Below, piece after piece: positions 55,970-64,000 of a DNA stretch of 64,000 nucleotides. Each line of letters starts with the position of its first letter. The first letter of the stretch is position 1. The notes under the pieces are model-generated. The model saw only the letters and a program-made list of their open reading frames with translations. It had not been told where the DNA came from and made no database searches. The stretch covers positions 26,927 through 90,926 of the forward strand of contig CAVTZP010000007.1 in NCBI GenBank assembly GCA_963739245.1, given 5' to 3'. The translations under genes and the position numbers were made by a program. The DNA comes from an uncultured delta proteobacterium. GTDB lineage: Bacteria; Chloroflexota; Dehalococcoidia; Dehalococcoidales; BS750m-G39.

Positions 55970-56209
55970 ATGGCAAAACGACGAGTAATGTTCACCTTTC
56001 AATCCAAGGTAAGCGCCGAGCCAATTATCTATAATATTGGTCAGCAGTTCCATCTAGTAACCAATATCCACCGGGCTAACGCCGCTGAGGATAGAGGCTG
56101 GATAGAAGTGGAGCTTGAGGGCGAGGAGAAGAACATTGAAGCTGGGCTTGGCTGGGCTATCGCTAGAGGGGTGAGAGTCGACTCGCTTAATAACCTGGCC
56201 GGGGTTTAA
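55970..56209 (+). CDS. stand-alone NIL-domain protein
   Basis: 79 aa, similar to the N-terminal half of 54815..55225 and to the MetN C-terminal NIL domain. Confidence 0.55.
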   Translation: MAKRRVMFTFQSKVSAEPIIYNIGQQFHLVTNIHRANAAEDRGWIEVELEGEEKNIEAGLGWAIARGVRVDSLNNLAGV

Positions 56210-57379
56210 TTAACTACTCAAATTGCGCGATTTCAGCCATTTTTGCTTCTGGCTGAGCCGTATTTGCTCATCAGTCGGCTGGTAATTTTTTAAGAAGCTA
56301 TCTTTGAAAGCAACGAAAGTGCCATCCAAGATGGCACTTCTTATTTTATTCATTAGGTTACTTATAAAGCTCAGGTTATGAATAGTAGCTAATCTATAGG
56401 CAAGCAGCTCCTCACAGTTAAACAGGTGGTGGATATAGGCGGCGGAGAAATTACGGCAGGTATAGCAATCACAGTCGGCGACAATAGGCTGCTCCATCTG
56501 GCCATAGACCGCGTTCCGAATATTCTGCCTCCCTCCCCAGGTAAAGAGACCACCGTTTCTGGCGACACGGGTCGGCAGGGCACTATCAAATATATCACAC
56601 CCCCGGGCTACCGCCCCAACAATATCCTCGGGAGAGCCTACCCCCATCAGATAACGCGGCTTACCCTCCGGCAGCAAGGCTGCCGTCTCCTCAATCATGG
56701 CCAAGGTCACCTTCTTTGGCTCCCCCAGGCTCAAGCCGCCAATAGCATAACCGGGAAAGTCCAGTGAAGTAAGGTATTCCGCCGATTGGCGCCGGAGTTC
56801 GGGAAAGACGCCGCCCTGCACAATGGCGTATAGCGCCTGGTCACGGCGCTTCTGCGCTTTCTGGCACCTATCTGCCCACCGGTGCGTTCTCTCCGTTGCC
56901 CGCTTTATCCTCTCAAAGCCGTCATCATATGCCGGACACTCGTCCAAAGCCATAATAATGTCAGCACCAAGGCTCTCCTGAAACTGAACAGCTAGCTCCG
57001 GGGTGATATGATGCTCACTACCATCAATATGAGAGCGAAAGATTACCCCGTCATCGCCTACCTGGCGCAGCCGGGCGAGGGAAAATATCTGATAGCCACC
57101 GCTGTCGGTGAGAATAGCCCCCTCCCAGCCCATAAACTTATGTAAACCACCTACCCTCTCAATCACACCGATGCCCGGTCTCAGGTAGAGATGGTAGGTG
57201 TTAGCCAGCACCATCGCTATGCCAAGACCCTTGACCTCCTCAGGGGTCAGGGTTTTAACCGCACCCTGGCTCGCCACGGGCAAAAATACCGGCGTAGCCA
57301 CGACGCCATGGGGTGTCAGGAGCTCTCCAGCTCGAGCCTTACTCTGAGAGCAGGTTTTTATTAAACGGAAGCCAGTCAC
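56210..57379 (-). CDS. tgt: tRNA-guanine(34) transglycosylase
   Basis: 389 aa with LTDSGGYQ and the zinc site CDCYTCRNF...H. Confidence 0.9.
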   Translation of the reverse strand: MTGFRLIKTCSQSKARAGELLTPHGVVATPVFLPVASQGAVKTLTPEEVKGLGIAMVLANTYHLYLRPGIGVIERVGGLHKFMGWEGAILTDSGGYQIFSLARLRQVGDDGVIFRSHIDGSEHHITPELAVQFQESLGADIIMALDECPAYDDGFERIKRATERTHRWADRCQKAQKRRDQALYAIVQGGVFPELRRQSAEYLTSLDFPGYAIGGLSLGEPKKVTLAMIEETAALLPEGKPRYLMGVGSPEDIVGAVARGCDIFDSALPTRVARNGGLFTWGGRQNIRNAVYGQMEQPIVADCDCYTCRNFSAAYIHHLFNCEELLAYRLATIHNLSFISNLMNKIRSAILDGTFVAFKDSFLKNYQPTDEQIRLSQKQKWLKSRNLSS

Positions 57380-58503
57380 TTTTGAATCAAATGGTTAGCG
57401 ATAATACTGCGCTGTATCTCCGAGATACCGACGTATATCTCAGTCATCTTAGCATCGCGGTATAGGCGTTCCAGGGGCATGGCTTTCATCGTGCCGTATG
57501 AGCCACAAATCTGCATCGCCATCCGGGTGACATCAACCGCCACCTGAGAGGCAAAGAGCTTGGCTACCGAAGATTCATATTTAATGTCCAACCCCTGCTC
57601 ACGGAGGAAGGCAGTCCGGTATACCAGCCACCGGCCCGCCTCTATCCGGCTTGCCATTTCCGCCAGGTGCCACTGGATAGTGGGCAATTTGGTAAGAGGT
57701 TTACCCATGGCCTTTCTCTGCCGGGCGTAATCTAAAGAGAGCTCCAGCGCCGCCTGAGCCACAGCTATACCCCCCACAGCTACCCCAAACCTCCCCAGGC
57801 TTATCGCTTCAAGAAGGATGGCAAAGCCCTGTCCCTCCTCCCCAAGCCGGTTTTGCTCCGGGACATAGACATCGTCAAGATATATCACCGAGGTGCCCAG
57901 CCCCCTCACCCCCATAGTCTCACATGGTTCGCGGACACTATAACCCGAAGAGGAGGTATCTATGATAAAGGCATTTAACCCCTTCCCCTCACGCCGGGTA
58001 AAGACCAGGGCTAAATTAGCTGCTGGGGCAAGGGCGACAAACTGCTTCTGGCCAGTGATGACATAGCCGTTACCGCTTTTCCTGGCCATAGTAGTAATTG
58101 CCTGTGGGTCCGAGCCGGTCTCAGCCTCGGTAAAGGCAATACTACCCAGCAGCTTGCCCTGAGCCAGGGGCACAAGGAACGTCTTTTTCTGTTCCTCAGT
58201 GCCAAAGCGAAATATCGCCTCCTCGGGGACGGTGTTTACTGCCATAATGGCGCCAACGGTCATTGATGCCTGGCAAATCTGCTCCAGGGCCAGGGCATAG
58301 CTGATATAACCCGCCCCACCACCCCCATATTTAGCCGGATAGGGCAAGCCGTGGTATCCCCGCTTGCCTATTTCCTTGGCCAGGTCAAAGGGAAATTCGC
58401 CGGTGGCATCAATTCCAGCGGCTCTGGGCTTGACCAGCTTAGTGGCAAACTCCCCCGCCACCCTTTGTAGCATCTTCTCTTGTTCGGTTAGATTAAAGTC
58501 CAT
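57376..58503 (-). CDS. acyl-CoA dehydrogenase
   Basis: 375 aa with the three-domain ACAD pattern (FTEAETGSD, C-terminal EIYVGISEIQR). Confidence 0.85.
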   Translation of the reverse strand: MDFNLTEQEKMLQRVAGEFATKLVKPRAAGIDATGEFPFDLAKEIGKRGYHGLPYPAKYGGGGAGYISYALALEQICQASMTVGAIMAVNTVPEEAIFRFGTEEQKKTFLVPLAQGKLLGSIAFTEAETGSDPQAITTMARKSGNGYVITGQKQFVALAPAANLALVFTRREGKGLNAFIIDTSSSGYSVREPCETMGVRGLGTSVIYLDDVYVPEQNRLGEEGQGFAILLEAISLGRFGVAVGGIAVAQAALELSLDYARQRKAMGKPLTKLPTIQWHLAEMASRIEAGRWLVYRTAFLREQGLDIKYESSVAKLFASQVAVDVTRMAMQICGSYGTMKAMPLERLYRDAKMTEIYVGISEIQRSIIANHLIQK

Positions 58504-58525
58504 ATCCCACGACTAGCGAGGCAGG

Positions 58526-58951
58526 CTACGGTAAATTTGGCTCACGTTCTTCGTCCAGATAACCCTGCAGGATGATAGCCGCGGCTTGAGCATCATTCCC
58601 GGCTTTTCTTCTCGTCTTTTTGCCACCAGCCGACCGTCTCAGCCGCTCCGCCATTACCGTAGTTAAACGCTCATCCCGGTACTCAACCGGGGCTTCAGTC
58701 TGCTCACATAATTTTTGGGTAAATGCCTTTACCTTCTCCGCCTGTTTACCCAGGCTGCCGTCCATAGAGCGGGGCAGACCGACAACAACTTGCCCCACCT
58801 GTTTCTGGCTGACAATATCGGTAATCGCCTTTATATCCTGGCTTTCATCCCTGCGGTTGATAACAGTAAAGGGGCTGGCTAGTATACCACCAGGGTCGCT
58901 GAGCGCCACCCCAATCCTCTTATCGCCAATATCAAGTCCCAGGCTACGCAT
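58526..58951 (-). CDS. ruvX: Holliday junction resolvase-like RuvX/YqgF
   Basis: 141 aa with LGLDIGDKRIGVALSD and DERLTT motifs. Confidence 0.85.
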   Translation of the reverse strand: MRSLGLDIGDKRIGVALSDPGGILASPFTVINRRDESQDIKAITDIVSQKQVGQVVVGLPRSMDGSLGKQAEKVKAFTQKLCEQTEAPVEYRDERLTTVMAERLRRSAGGKKTRRKAGNDAQAAAIILQGYLDEEREPNLP

Positions 58952-61563
58952 TATATTAAGCTCTTTACCAGCTTGAGGGCTTCCTCCAGCTTCTTCTTGT
59001 CCTTACCCCCCGCCTGAGCTAAGCTTGGCTTGCCTCCACCACTGCCACCGGTAACCTTAGCCACTTGCTTAACTATCTCCCCGGCGTTGTAGCCTTTAGC
59101 CACTAAATCAGGGGTTACCGCGGCAAGAAAGGCCGGTCTATCCTCATAGACTGTACCCAGAACCACTATGGCGCTCTTCAACTTATCCCTGAACAGGTCG
59201 CTCATCTCGCGCAAAACCTCGGGGCGAGAAGAGGGAATCCTGGCAACGAGCACAGTTACCCCATTGATAACCTCAGCCTGAGCCAGTAAAGACTCAGCCC
59301 TTAGCTTAGCCAGCTCACTATCCAGGGCCTGCCTCTGCTTGCGCTCTTCTTTTAGCTCGATAGACAGGCTATTTGCTTTATCTAAAACGGTCTCTGCTTC
59401 AGCGTCTAGATTGTCGGCAATCTTCTGCAAATCTGATAAGCGTTCATTAATATATGCCTCCGCCCCCCTGCCGGTAACCGCCTCAATGCGCCTTAACCCG
59501 GCGCCAATGCTACTTTCGCTGATAATGTGAAAAAGACCTATCTCGCCGGTTGAAGCGACATGGGTGCCGCCGCACAGCTCAGCGCTAATCCTGGGTTCAC
59601 CAACCCTCACCACCCGAACCACATCGCCATACTTCTCATCAAATAGGGCGATAGCCCCCTCGTCCATAGCCTTCTTATAGGGCATATCCTCAGCATCTAC
59701 CCTCAGGTTGTGGCGGATTTTGTCATTGACGATTTGCTGCACCTTTTGTATTTCCTCTTTGGTCAAGGCGGTAAGGTGAGAGAAGTCAAATCTGAGTCGG
59801 TCTGGGGCAACCAGCGAGCCCCTTTGCTGAACATGCTCGCCCAGCACCTGTCTTAGCGCCGACTGGAGTAAATGGGTGGCGGTGTGATTGCGGGCAATAT
59901 CAAGCCGCCGCTCCCTATCCACCTCAGCCTCAACCTCATCCCCAACAGTCAGGCTACCCTCAACAACTTTACCTTGATGAACAATAACATCTGGCTGGGC
60001 TTGGGAGCGAATAGTATTGGTGACAGTAAAACGCCCCTTTGGTCCCCGTATCTCCCCGGTATCCCCTACCTGCCCACCCATCTCGCCGTAGAAGGGTGTT
60101 TCAGAGAGAAAAATACCAACCTTCTGTCCCGCTGATACCGTGTTTACAGGCTCATCAACCAAGAAACCAGAAATAACAGACCTATGCTTTAGGGAATCAT
60201 AACCAACAAACTCAACATCAGTAACAGATAGGTTGGACTTTCCTGTTATTACCTTTACTTTGAACTCATGACTGGCTCTGGCTTTCCCTTTCTGCTTCTC
60301 CATCTCCCGGTTAAAACCGGCCAAATCCACAGAGAAGCCACGGTCGGCGGCAATCTCCTCCGTCAGTTCTTTGGGAAAGCCATAGGTATCATAGAGCTTA
60401 AACGCCTCTTCGCCCGAGATTTTACTTGCCCTCTGGCTGGTGGCTTCACTCATAATCCTATCCAGTAACTCCAGCCCGATGCTAAGCGTCTCGCTGAACC
60501 TAGCTTCCTCAAGCCCAGTTACTTGGAGAATGAAGTCCTGCCTCTGGACTAACTCAGGGTAAACACGCCCCATCTGTTGGATAGTAGCCCTAGCCATTTC
60601 GCCAATAAACGGCTCATTTAGCCCTAACCTCCGGCCAAAGAGGGCAGCCCGCCGCAACAGTCGCCGCAGCACATAACCCCGCCCCTCATTGCTGGGGATT
60701 ACCCCATCAGCAACGAGAAAGGTAACCCCCCGGCTATGCTCAGCAACTACCCGCATCGCATTATCTATAACCTGGTTAGAACCGTATCTCTTTCCGGTAA
60801 GCTTGGATACGCACTCCAGTAAGGGAGAAAAGAGGTCGGTTTCGTAAATAGAGGTCTTGCCCTGGACTACAGCCGCCGTCCTCTCCAGGCCCATGCCGGT
60901 ATCAATATTAGGCTTGGCCAGTAAAGTGCGGCACCCCTGTTTATCCTGGTTATACTGGGTAAATACCAGGTTCCATATCTCACAGAAGCGGCCGCAGCCA
61001 CAATTGGGGGCACAAGACGGCTTGCCGCAGCCAACCTCTTTGCCAAAGTCATAGTGGATTTCACTGCATGGCCCGCAGGGTCCGGAATCACCGGCTGGTC
61101 CCCAGAAGTTATCCTCTTCGCCAAACCGCAAAATCCTATTCTTAGGGACACCCACCTCCCGCCAGATAGCGAAGGACTCATCATCGTCAAGAAAGATAGT
61201 TACCCACAATCGCTTGGGGGAAAGCCCCAACCGCTGCGTAACAAACTCCCAGGCCCAGTTAATTGCCTCCCGCTTGAAGTAGTCGCCAACGCTAAAGTTG
61301 CCCAGCATCTCAAACAAGGTGAGGTGGGAGGGGTCGCCCACCGAGGTAATATCAGTAGCACGAAAGCATTTCTGACATGAGGCCAGACGGGGGCTGGGTG
61401 GTACTGCCTCCCCCAAAAAGTAGGGCTTGAACTGCACCATTCCGGCACTGGTCAGCAGCAGGGTTGGGTCACCCCGGGGTATCAAGGAGGAGCTGGGAAT
61501 AATCTTATGACCCTTCTCCTTAAAGAAACTCAGAAATTCCGCTCGAACTTCATCGCTGGTCAC
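58951..61563 (-). CDS. alaS: alanine--tRNA ligase
   Basis: 870 aa with class II core motifs, the editing-domain HxxxH/CxxxH (HTATHLL, CGGTHV) and a C-terminal DHHA1-like domain. Confidence 0.95.
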   Translation of the reverse strand: MTSDEVRAEFLSFFKEKGHKIIPSSSLIPRGDPTLLLTSAGMVQFKPYFLGEAVPPSPRLASCQKCFRATDITSVGDPSHLTLFEMLGNFSVGDYFKREAINWAWEFVTQRLGLSPKRLWVTIFLDDDESFAIWREVGVPKNRILRFGEEDNFWGPAGDSGPCGPCSEIHYDFGKEVGCGKPSCAPNCGCGRFCEIWNLVFTQYNQDKQGCRTLLAKPNIDTGMGLERTAAVVQGKTSIYETDLFSPLLECVSKLTGKRYGSNQVIDNAMRVVAEHSRGVTFLVADGVIPSNEGRGYVLRRLLRRAALFGRRLGLNEPFIGEMARATIQQMGRVYPELVQRQDFILQVTGLEEARFSETLSIGLELLDRIMSEATSQRASKISGEEAFKLYDTYGFPKELTEEIAADRGFSVDLAGFNREMEKQKGKARASHEFKVKVITGKSNLSVTDVEFVGYDSLKHRSVISGFLVDEPVNTVSAGQKVGIFLSETPFYGEMGGQVGDTGEIRGPKGRFTVTNTIRSQAQPDVIVHQGKVVEGSLTVGDEVEAEVDRERRLDIARNHTATHLLQSALRQVLGEHVQQRGSLVAPDRLRFDFSHLTALTKEEIQKVQQIVNDKIRHNLRVDAEDMPYKKAMDEGAIALFDEKYGDVVRVVRVGEPRISAELCGGTHVASTGEIGLFHIISESSIGAGLRRIEAVTGRGAEAYINERLSDLQKIADNLDAEAETVLDKANSLSIELKEERKQRQALDSELAKLRAESLLAQAEVINGVTVLVARIPSSRPEVLREMSDLFRDKLKSAIVVLGTVYEDRPAFLAAVTPDLVAKGYNAGEIVKQVAKVTGGSGGGKPSLAQAGGKDKKKLEEALKLVKSLI

Positions 61564-61625
61564 TTAGTATTCTCCACAGATTACAAGATATTTATCTCTG
61601 ATTTTAGTTTAACCCCTACTGGCTG

Positions 61626-62640
61626 TCAACGAGCTATCCGGCGTTGCTGGCTCAGCTCGGCAATTAGCAGATTGAGGGCTAACTCTCCGTCATATTTCCC
61701 GGTCTTAATTGCTAGGTCAGTTTCTAAAAGCTTATTATATACCTCCCTGAGCCGCTCCATGGGATACCTCTGGGCCTGGTCCAATGTTTTACGCAAGGCA
61801 AATTCCGAGGTCAAACCCAATCTATCCTGAATCTCTACCTCGGGTCTCCGCTGGCGCCTTAGCTCCCTAGCCCGAACAATCATCCGAACCTGTCGTGCCA
61901 GCATAACCAGAAGATAGGCGGGAGAGGCTCCTCTCTCTAGTAACTGCTCCAACAATTGCTCTGCGACCCCAGCCTTAAAGTCAAGGATAGCATCAACCAT
62001 AGCAAAGACACTGGTCTCCTGCGCCAGGCTAACTATCGCCTTAATATCCTCTACCTCAATACGGCGACCTAAGGTAAATAAGGCTAGCTTACTTATTTCA
62101 TTGGTCATAATCCATAGATTACCCCCCACCAGTTTAGCCAGTAAGTCCACCGCCTCGGGGGAAATGCGTGGCACCCTGCTCCGCCACCCCCCCCTTAATC
62201 CACTGACGTAGCCTATCCTCTTTAAGTATCGGGAAAGACCTTACCTCTGCCCGGGATGAAAGCTGCTTAAACAGGGGGTTACCGCCTTTTATCTTGCCAT
62301 CTATTAGGACTAGAACCGTGCAATCCGGAATTTTACTCAGACAGTCAGCAAATGACTTATCTTCCGGTTCCTTTTCAACTAGGGGGGCGGCCTTCCTCCG
62401 CCGGCGGGATTTGCCCTCGGGTTCAAAACGCCCCAGCAACCCCTGGACAATGACCAAGCGCTTCTCCGCCAGAAATGGCACCGTCTCGCAAACAGCCCTC
62501 AGTTGGTTCAGGGTAACCTGCTGACCATCAAGGATAGTGGTATTAGCCACCAACAGGGACTGGTCACCGATACCCCGTTTTAGCTCCTCAAGCGACCTGG
62601 TCAGGGAAAAATCGTCCTCACCTAATAATATATACAGCAA
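61626..62640 (-). pseudogene. holA: DNA polymerase III delta subunit, interrupted by a +1 frameshift at a G8 run
   Basis: Track ORFs 62134..62640 (N-terminal MLYILLGEDDF...VIVQGL) and 61626..62174 (C-terminal ISPEAVDLLAKLVGGNLWIMTNEISKL) are consecutive HolA segments in frames offset by one base. Confidence 0.75.
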
Positions 62641-62774
62641 GGCTCACCTTCAATATTTATAGGTTCCCCCATTTTACCACAGGAGGCATAAATAATCTCT
62701 AAGGCATCCAGCGGGATATTTGATGATGCTGGGCTATGGTGCTAAACTAAGGAGTATATTACCGAGGAGGGAAA

Positions 62775-63377
62775 ATGAAAAAGACGGAGAGATTTCTCCT
62801 TTTCATGTTCTTAGTTGCCATAGTCATAATAATGATGTTCTCAGCCTGTAGCTCGAAGCAGTGGTCTAGCCCGCCGCCAATGAGCATTGACCAAAGTAAA
62901 GAATACCAGGCAACCATCAAGACCAACTTCGGTGACATCGTGGTACAGCTTTTTCCCGAAGATGCCCCCATCGCCGTCAATAATTTCGTTTTTCTGGCTC
63001 GCCAGGGTTTCTATGACGGCGTAAAGTTTCACCGGGTGATGAAGGGCTTTGTCATTCAGGGCGGTGATCCAACGGGCACTGGAACTGGCGGACCAGGATA
63101 TAAGTTTGCGGATGAGGAAGTGACACGGGACTATATTGCGGGCACCCTGGCCATGGCCAACGCTGGCCCCAATACCAATGGCAGCCAGTTCTTCATCACT
63201 CTGGTCGACCTCAGCGGCCAGCTACCCAAGAACTATACTATCTTTGGTCTAGTTGCCAGCGGCTTTGATGTGGTACAGCAGATAGGTAATGTGTCAGTCA
63301 CCAAAGCGACAAGCGGCGAGTTGTCACTACCTACAGTTGACGTTCATATAGATAGTATTACTATCGAGGAAAAATAA
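62775..63377 (+). CDS. cyclophilin-type peptidyl-prolyl isomerase, lipoprotein
   Basis: 200 aa with a signal peptide and lipobox (MFSAC), and FHRVMKGFVIQGGDPTGTGTGGPGY. Confidence 0.85.
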   Translation: MKKTERFLLFMFLVAIVIIMMFSACSSKQWSSPPPMSIDQSKEYQATIKTNFGDIVVQLFPEDAPIAVNNFVFLARQGFYDGVKFHRVMKGFVIQGGDPTGTGTGGPGYKFADEEVTRDYIAGTLAMANAGPNTNGSQFFITLVDLSGQLPKNYTIFGLVASGFDVVQQIGNVSVTKATSGELSLPTVDVHIDSITIEEK

Positions 63378-63403
63378 AGGCAGGCTAACATTAGCCGCCT
63401 TTA
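63376..63403 (+). terminator. possible terminator hairpin after the PPIase gene
   Basis: AAAGGCAGGCT pairs with AGCCGCCTTT (one bulged A) and is followed by a short T-rich stretch, TTTATAA. Confidence 0.4.
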
Positions 63404-63425
63404 TAACCAGACTCAGGATTAAACG

Positions 63426-64000
63426 ATGAGCATTGATATCGGCATCATTGGGCTGGCGGAAAGCGGCCGGACCACCATCTTCAACGCCTTAACCAAAGGT
63501 AAAGCTGATACCAGAAGTTCCACCCCACACATTGGCATAGCCAAGGTGCCAGAGCCACGCCTCAAGGTTCTAGCCGATATGCTCCACCCCAAGAAAGTGG
63601 TGCCGGCTGAGGTGAGTTACACTGATATCGGTGCCTCAGTCAAGGCTGGGGGCAGCCAAATCCTGAACCAAGTCGGTAATGCCGATGCCCTCCTCAATGT
63701 TGCCCGAGCCTTTATCGATGACAGCGTTCCCCATGTTGCAGGTAGCATAGATGTAGATAGAGATATTGCCACTAACAATCTGGAGCTTGCCGTTTATGAC
63801 TCGGGCATTATTAGCCGAAGACTGGAGAAAATAGAGACGTCGCTGAAGGGGGCTAAGCCGACTGAGCGAGCGGGCTTTCTCCATGAGCAAGAACTGCTAA
63901 CCAGGCTCAGGACTGAACTGGAAAAAGAGACGCCCATCCGCGAACTAAGCCTGACTAGTGATGAGGTTAAAACCATAGCCAACTATCAGTTTCTCACCGC
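63426..64000 (+). CDS. ychF: YchF/Obg-like GTPase-family protein with atypical P-loop (3' end off window)
   Basis: Frame is open from the ATG at 63426 to the window edge, so it is not in the track. It reads MSIDIGIIGLAESGRTTIFNALTKG ... VPEPRLKVLADML ... YTDIG, with YchF-like motif order. Confidence 0.6.
   Translation, partial: MSIDIGIIGLAESGRTTIFNALTKGKADTRSSTPHIGIAKVPEPRLKVLADMLHPKKVVPAEVSYTDIGASVKAGGSQILNQVGNADALLNVARAFIDDSVPHVAGSIDVDRDIATNNLELAVYDSGIISRRLEKIETSLKGAKPTERAGFLHEQELLTRLRTELEKETPIRELSLTSDEVKTIANYQFLT

Noticed and set aside
62730-62744. TGGGCTATGGTGCT upstream of the PPIase gene, which superficially resembles a GG...GC sigma-54 element.
   Set aside because: The GG-to-GC spacing is 2-3 nt too short for a -24/-12 promoter.
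1-64000. CRISPR arrays, IS elements or transposases, prophage genes, toxin-antitoxin pairs, and restriction-modification or other recognisable defence systems.
   Set aside because: Reading both strands, I found no spaced direct-repeat arrays and no ORFs with transposase, phage-structural or known defence signatures. The window is core-genome-like throughout.

Overview
Gene-dense 64-kb chromosomal segment with about 70 CDS, 4 tRNAs, one TPP riboswitch and no rRNA, CRISPR array, IS element or prophage. By gene content it looks like a strictly anaerobic Chloroflexota/Dehalococcoidia-like bacterium; that is inference from family recognition, not a search. Most of the window is housekeeping: fhs-cooC, glyQS, thiE/thiC/thi4, rnhB-yraN, mnmA, tmk, pdxST, rsmG, dprA-topA-xerC, pepP, efp, clpP, tig, aspS, tgt, ruvX, alaS, holA, a cyclophilin and a ychF-like gene. 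Three anaerobic redox modules are interleaved with it. (1) An HdrCBA-like operon whose HdrA carries a complete GltD/NfnB-like NAD(P)H module nested in its ferredoxin domain. (2) A four-subunit 2-oxoacid:ferredoxin oxidoreductase followed directly by NuoE/HndB/NuoF-like genes and a catalytic-domain-less NuoG fragment. (3) A cytoplasmic molybdopterin oxidoreductase wedged between tig and clpP. The best candidate for an undescribed system lies at about 10.6-16.9 kb, divergent from hdrA. It comprises an unusually short sigma-54-family protein, a soluble [FeFe]-hydrogenase-like sensor histidine kinase, an NtrC-type sigma-54 activator, a near-consensus -24/-12 promoter, and two paralogous receiver proteins with a repeated Cys-rich C-terminal module I cannot assign to a family. 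Other points: archaeal-type sulfide-dependent biosynthesis genes (COG1900/NIL-ferredoxin/UPF0280/NIL cluster and a non-Cys Thi4); an ~82-nt two-hairpin intergenic repeat in two inverted copies; and five interrupted genes (thiE, xerC, purN-like, pfkB-like, holA). All five would be repaired by deleting one base, at or near a homopolymer run in four of them, which points to insertion-type sequence errors rather than real pseudogenes. All product calls come from reading the translations; no database search was run.
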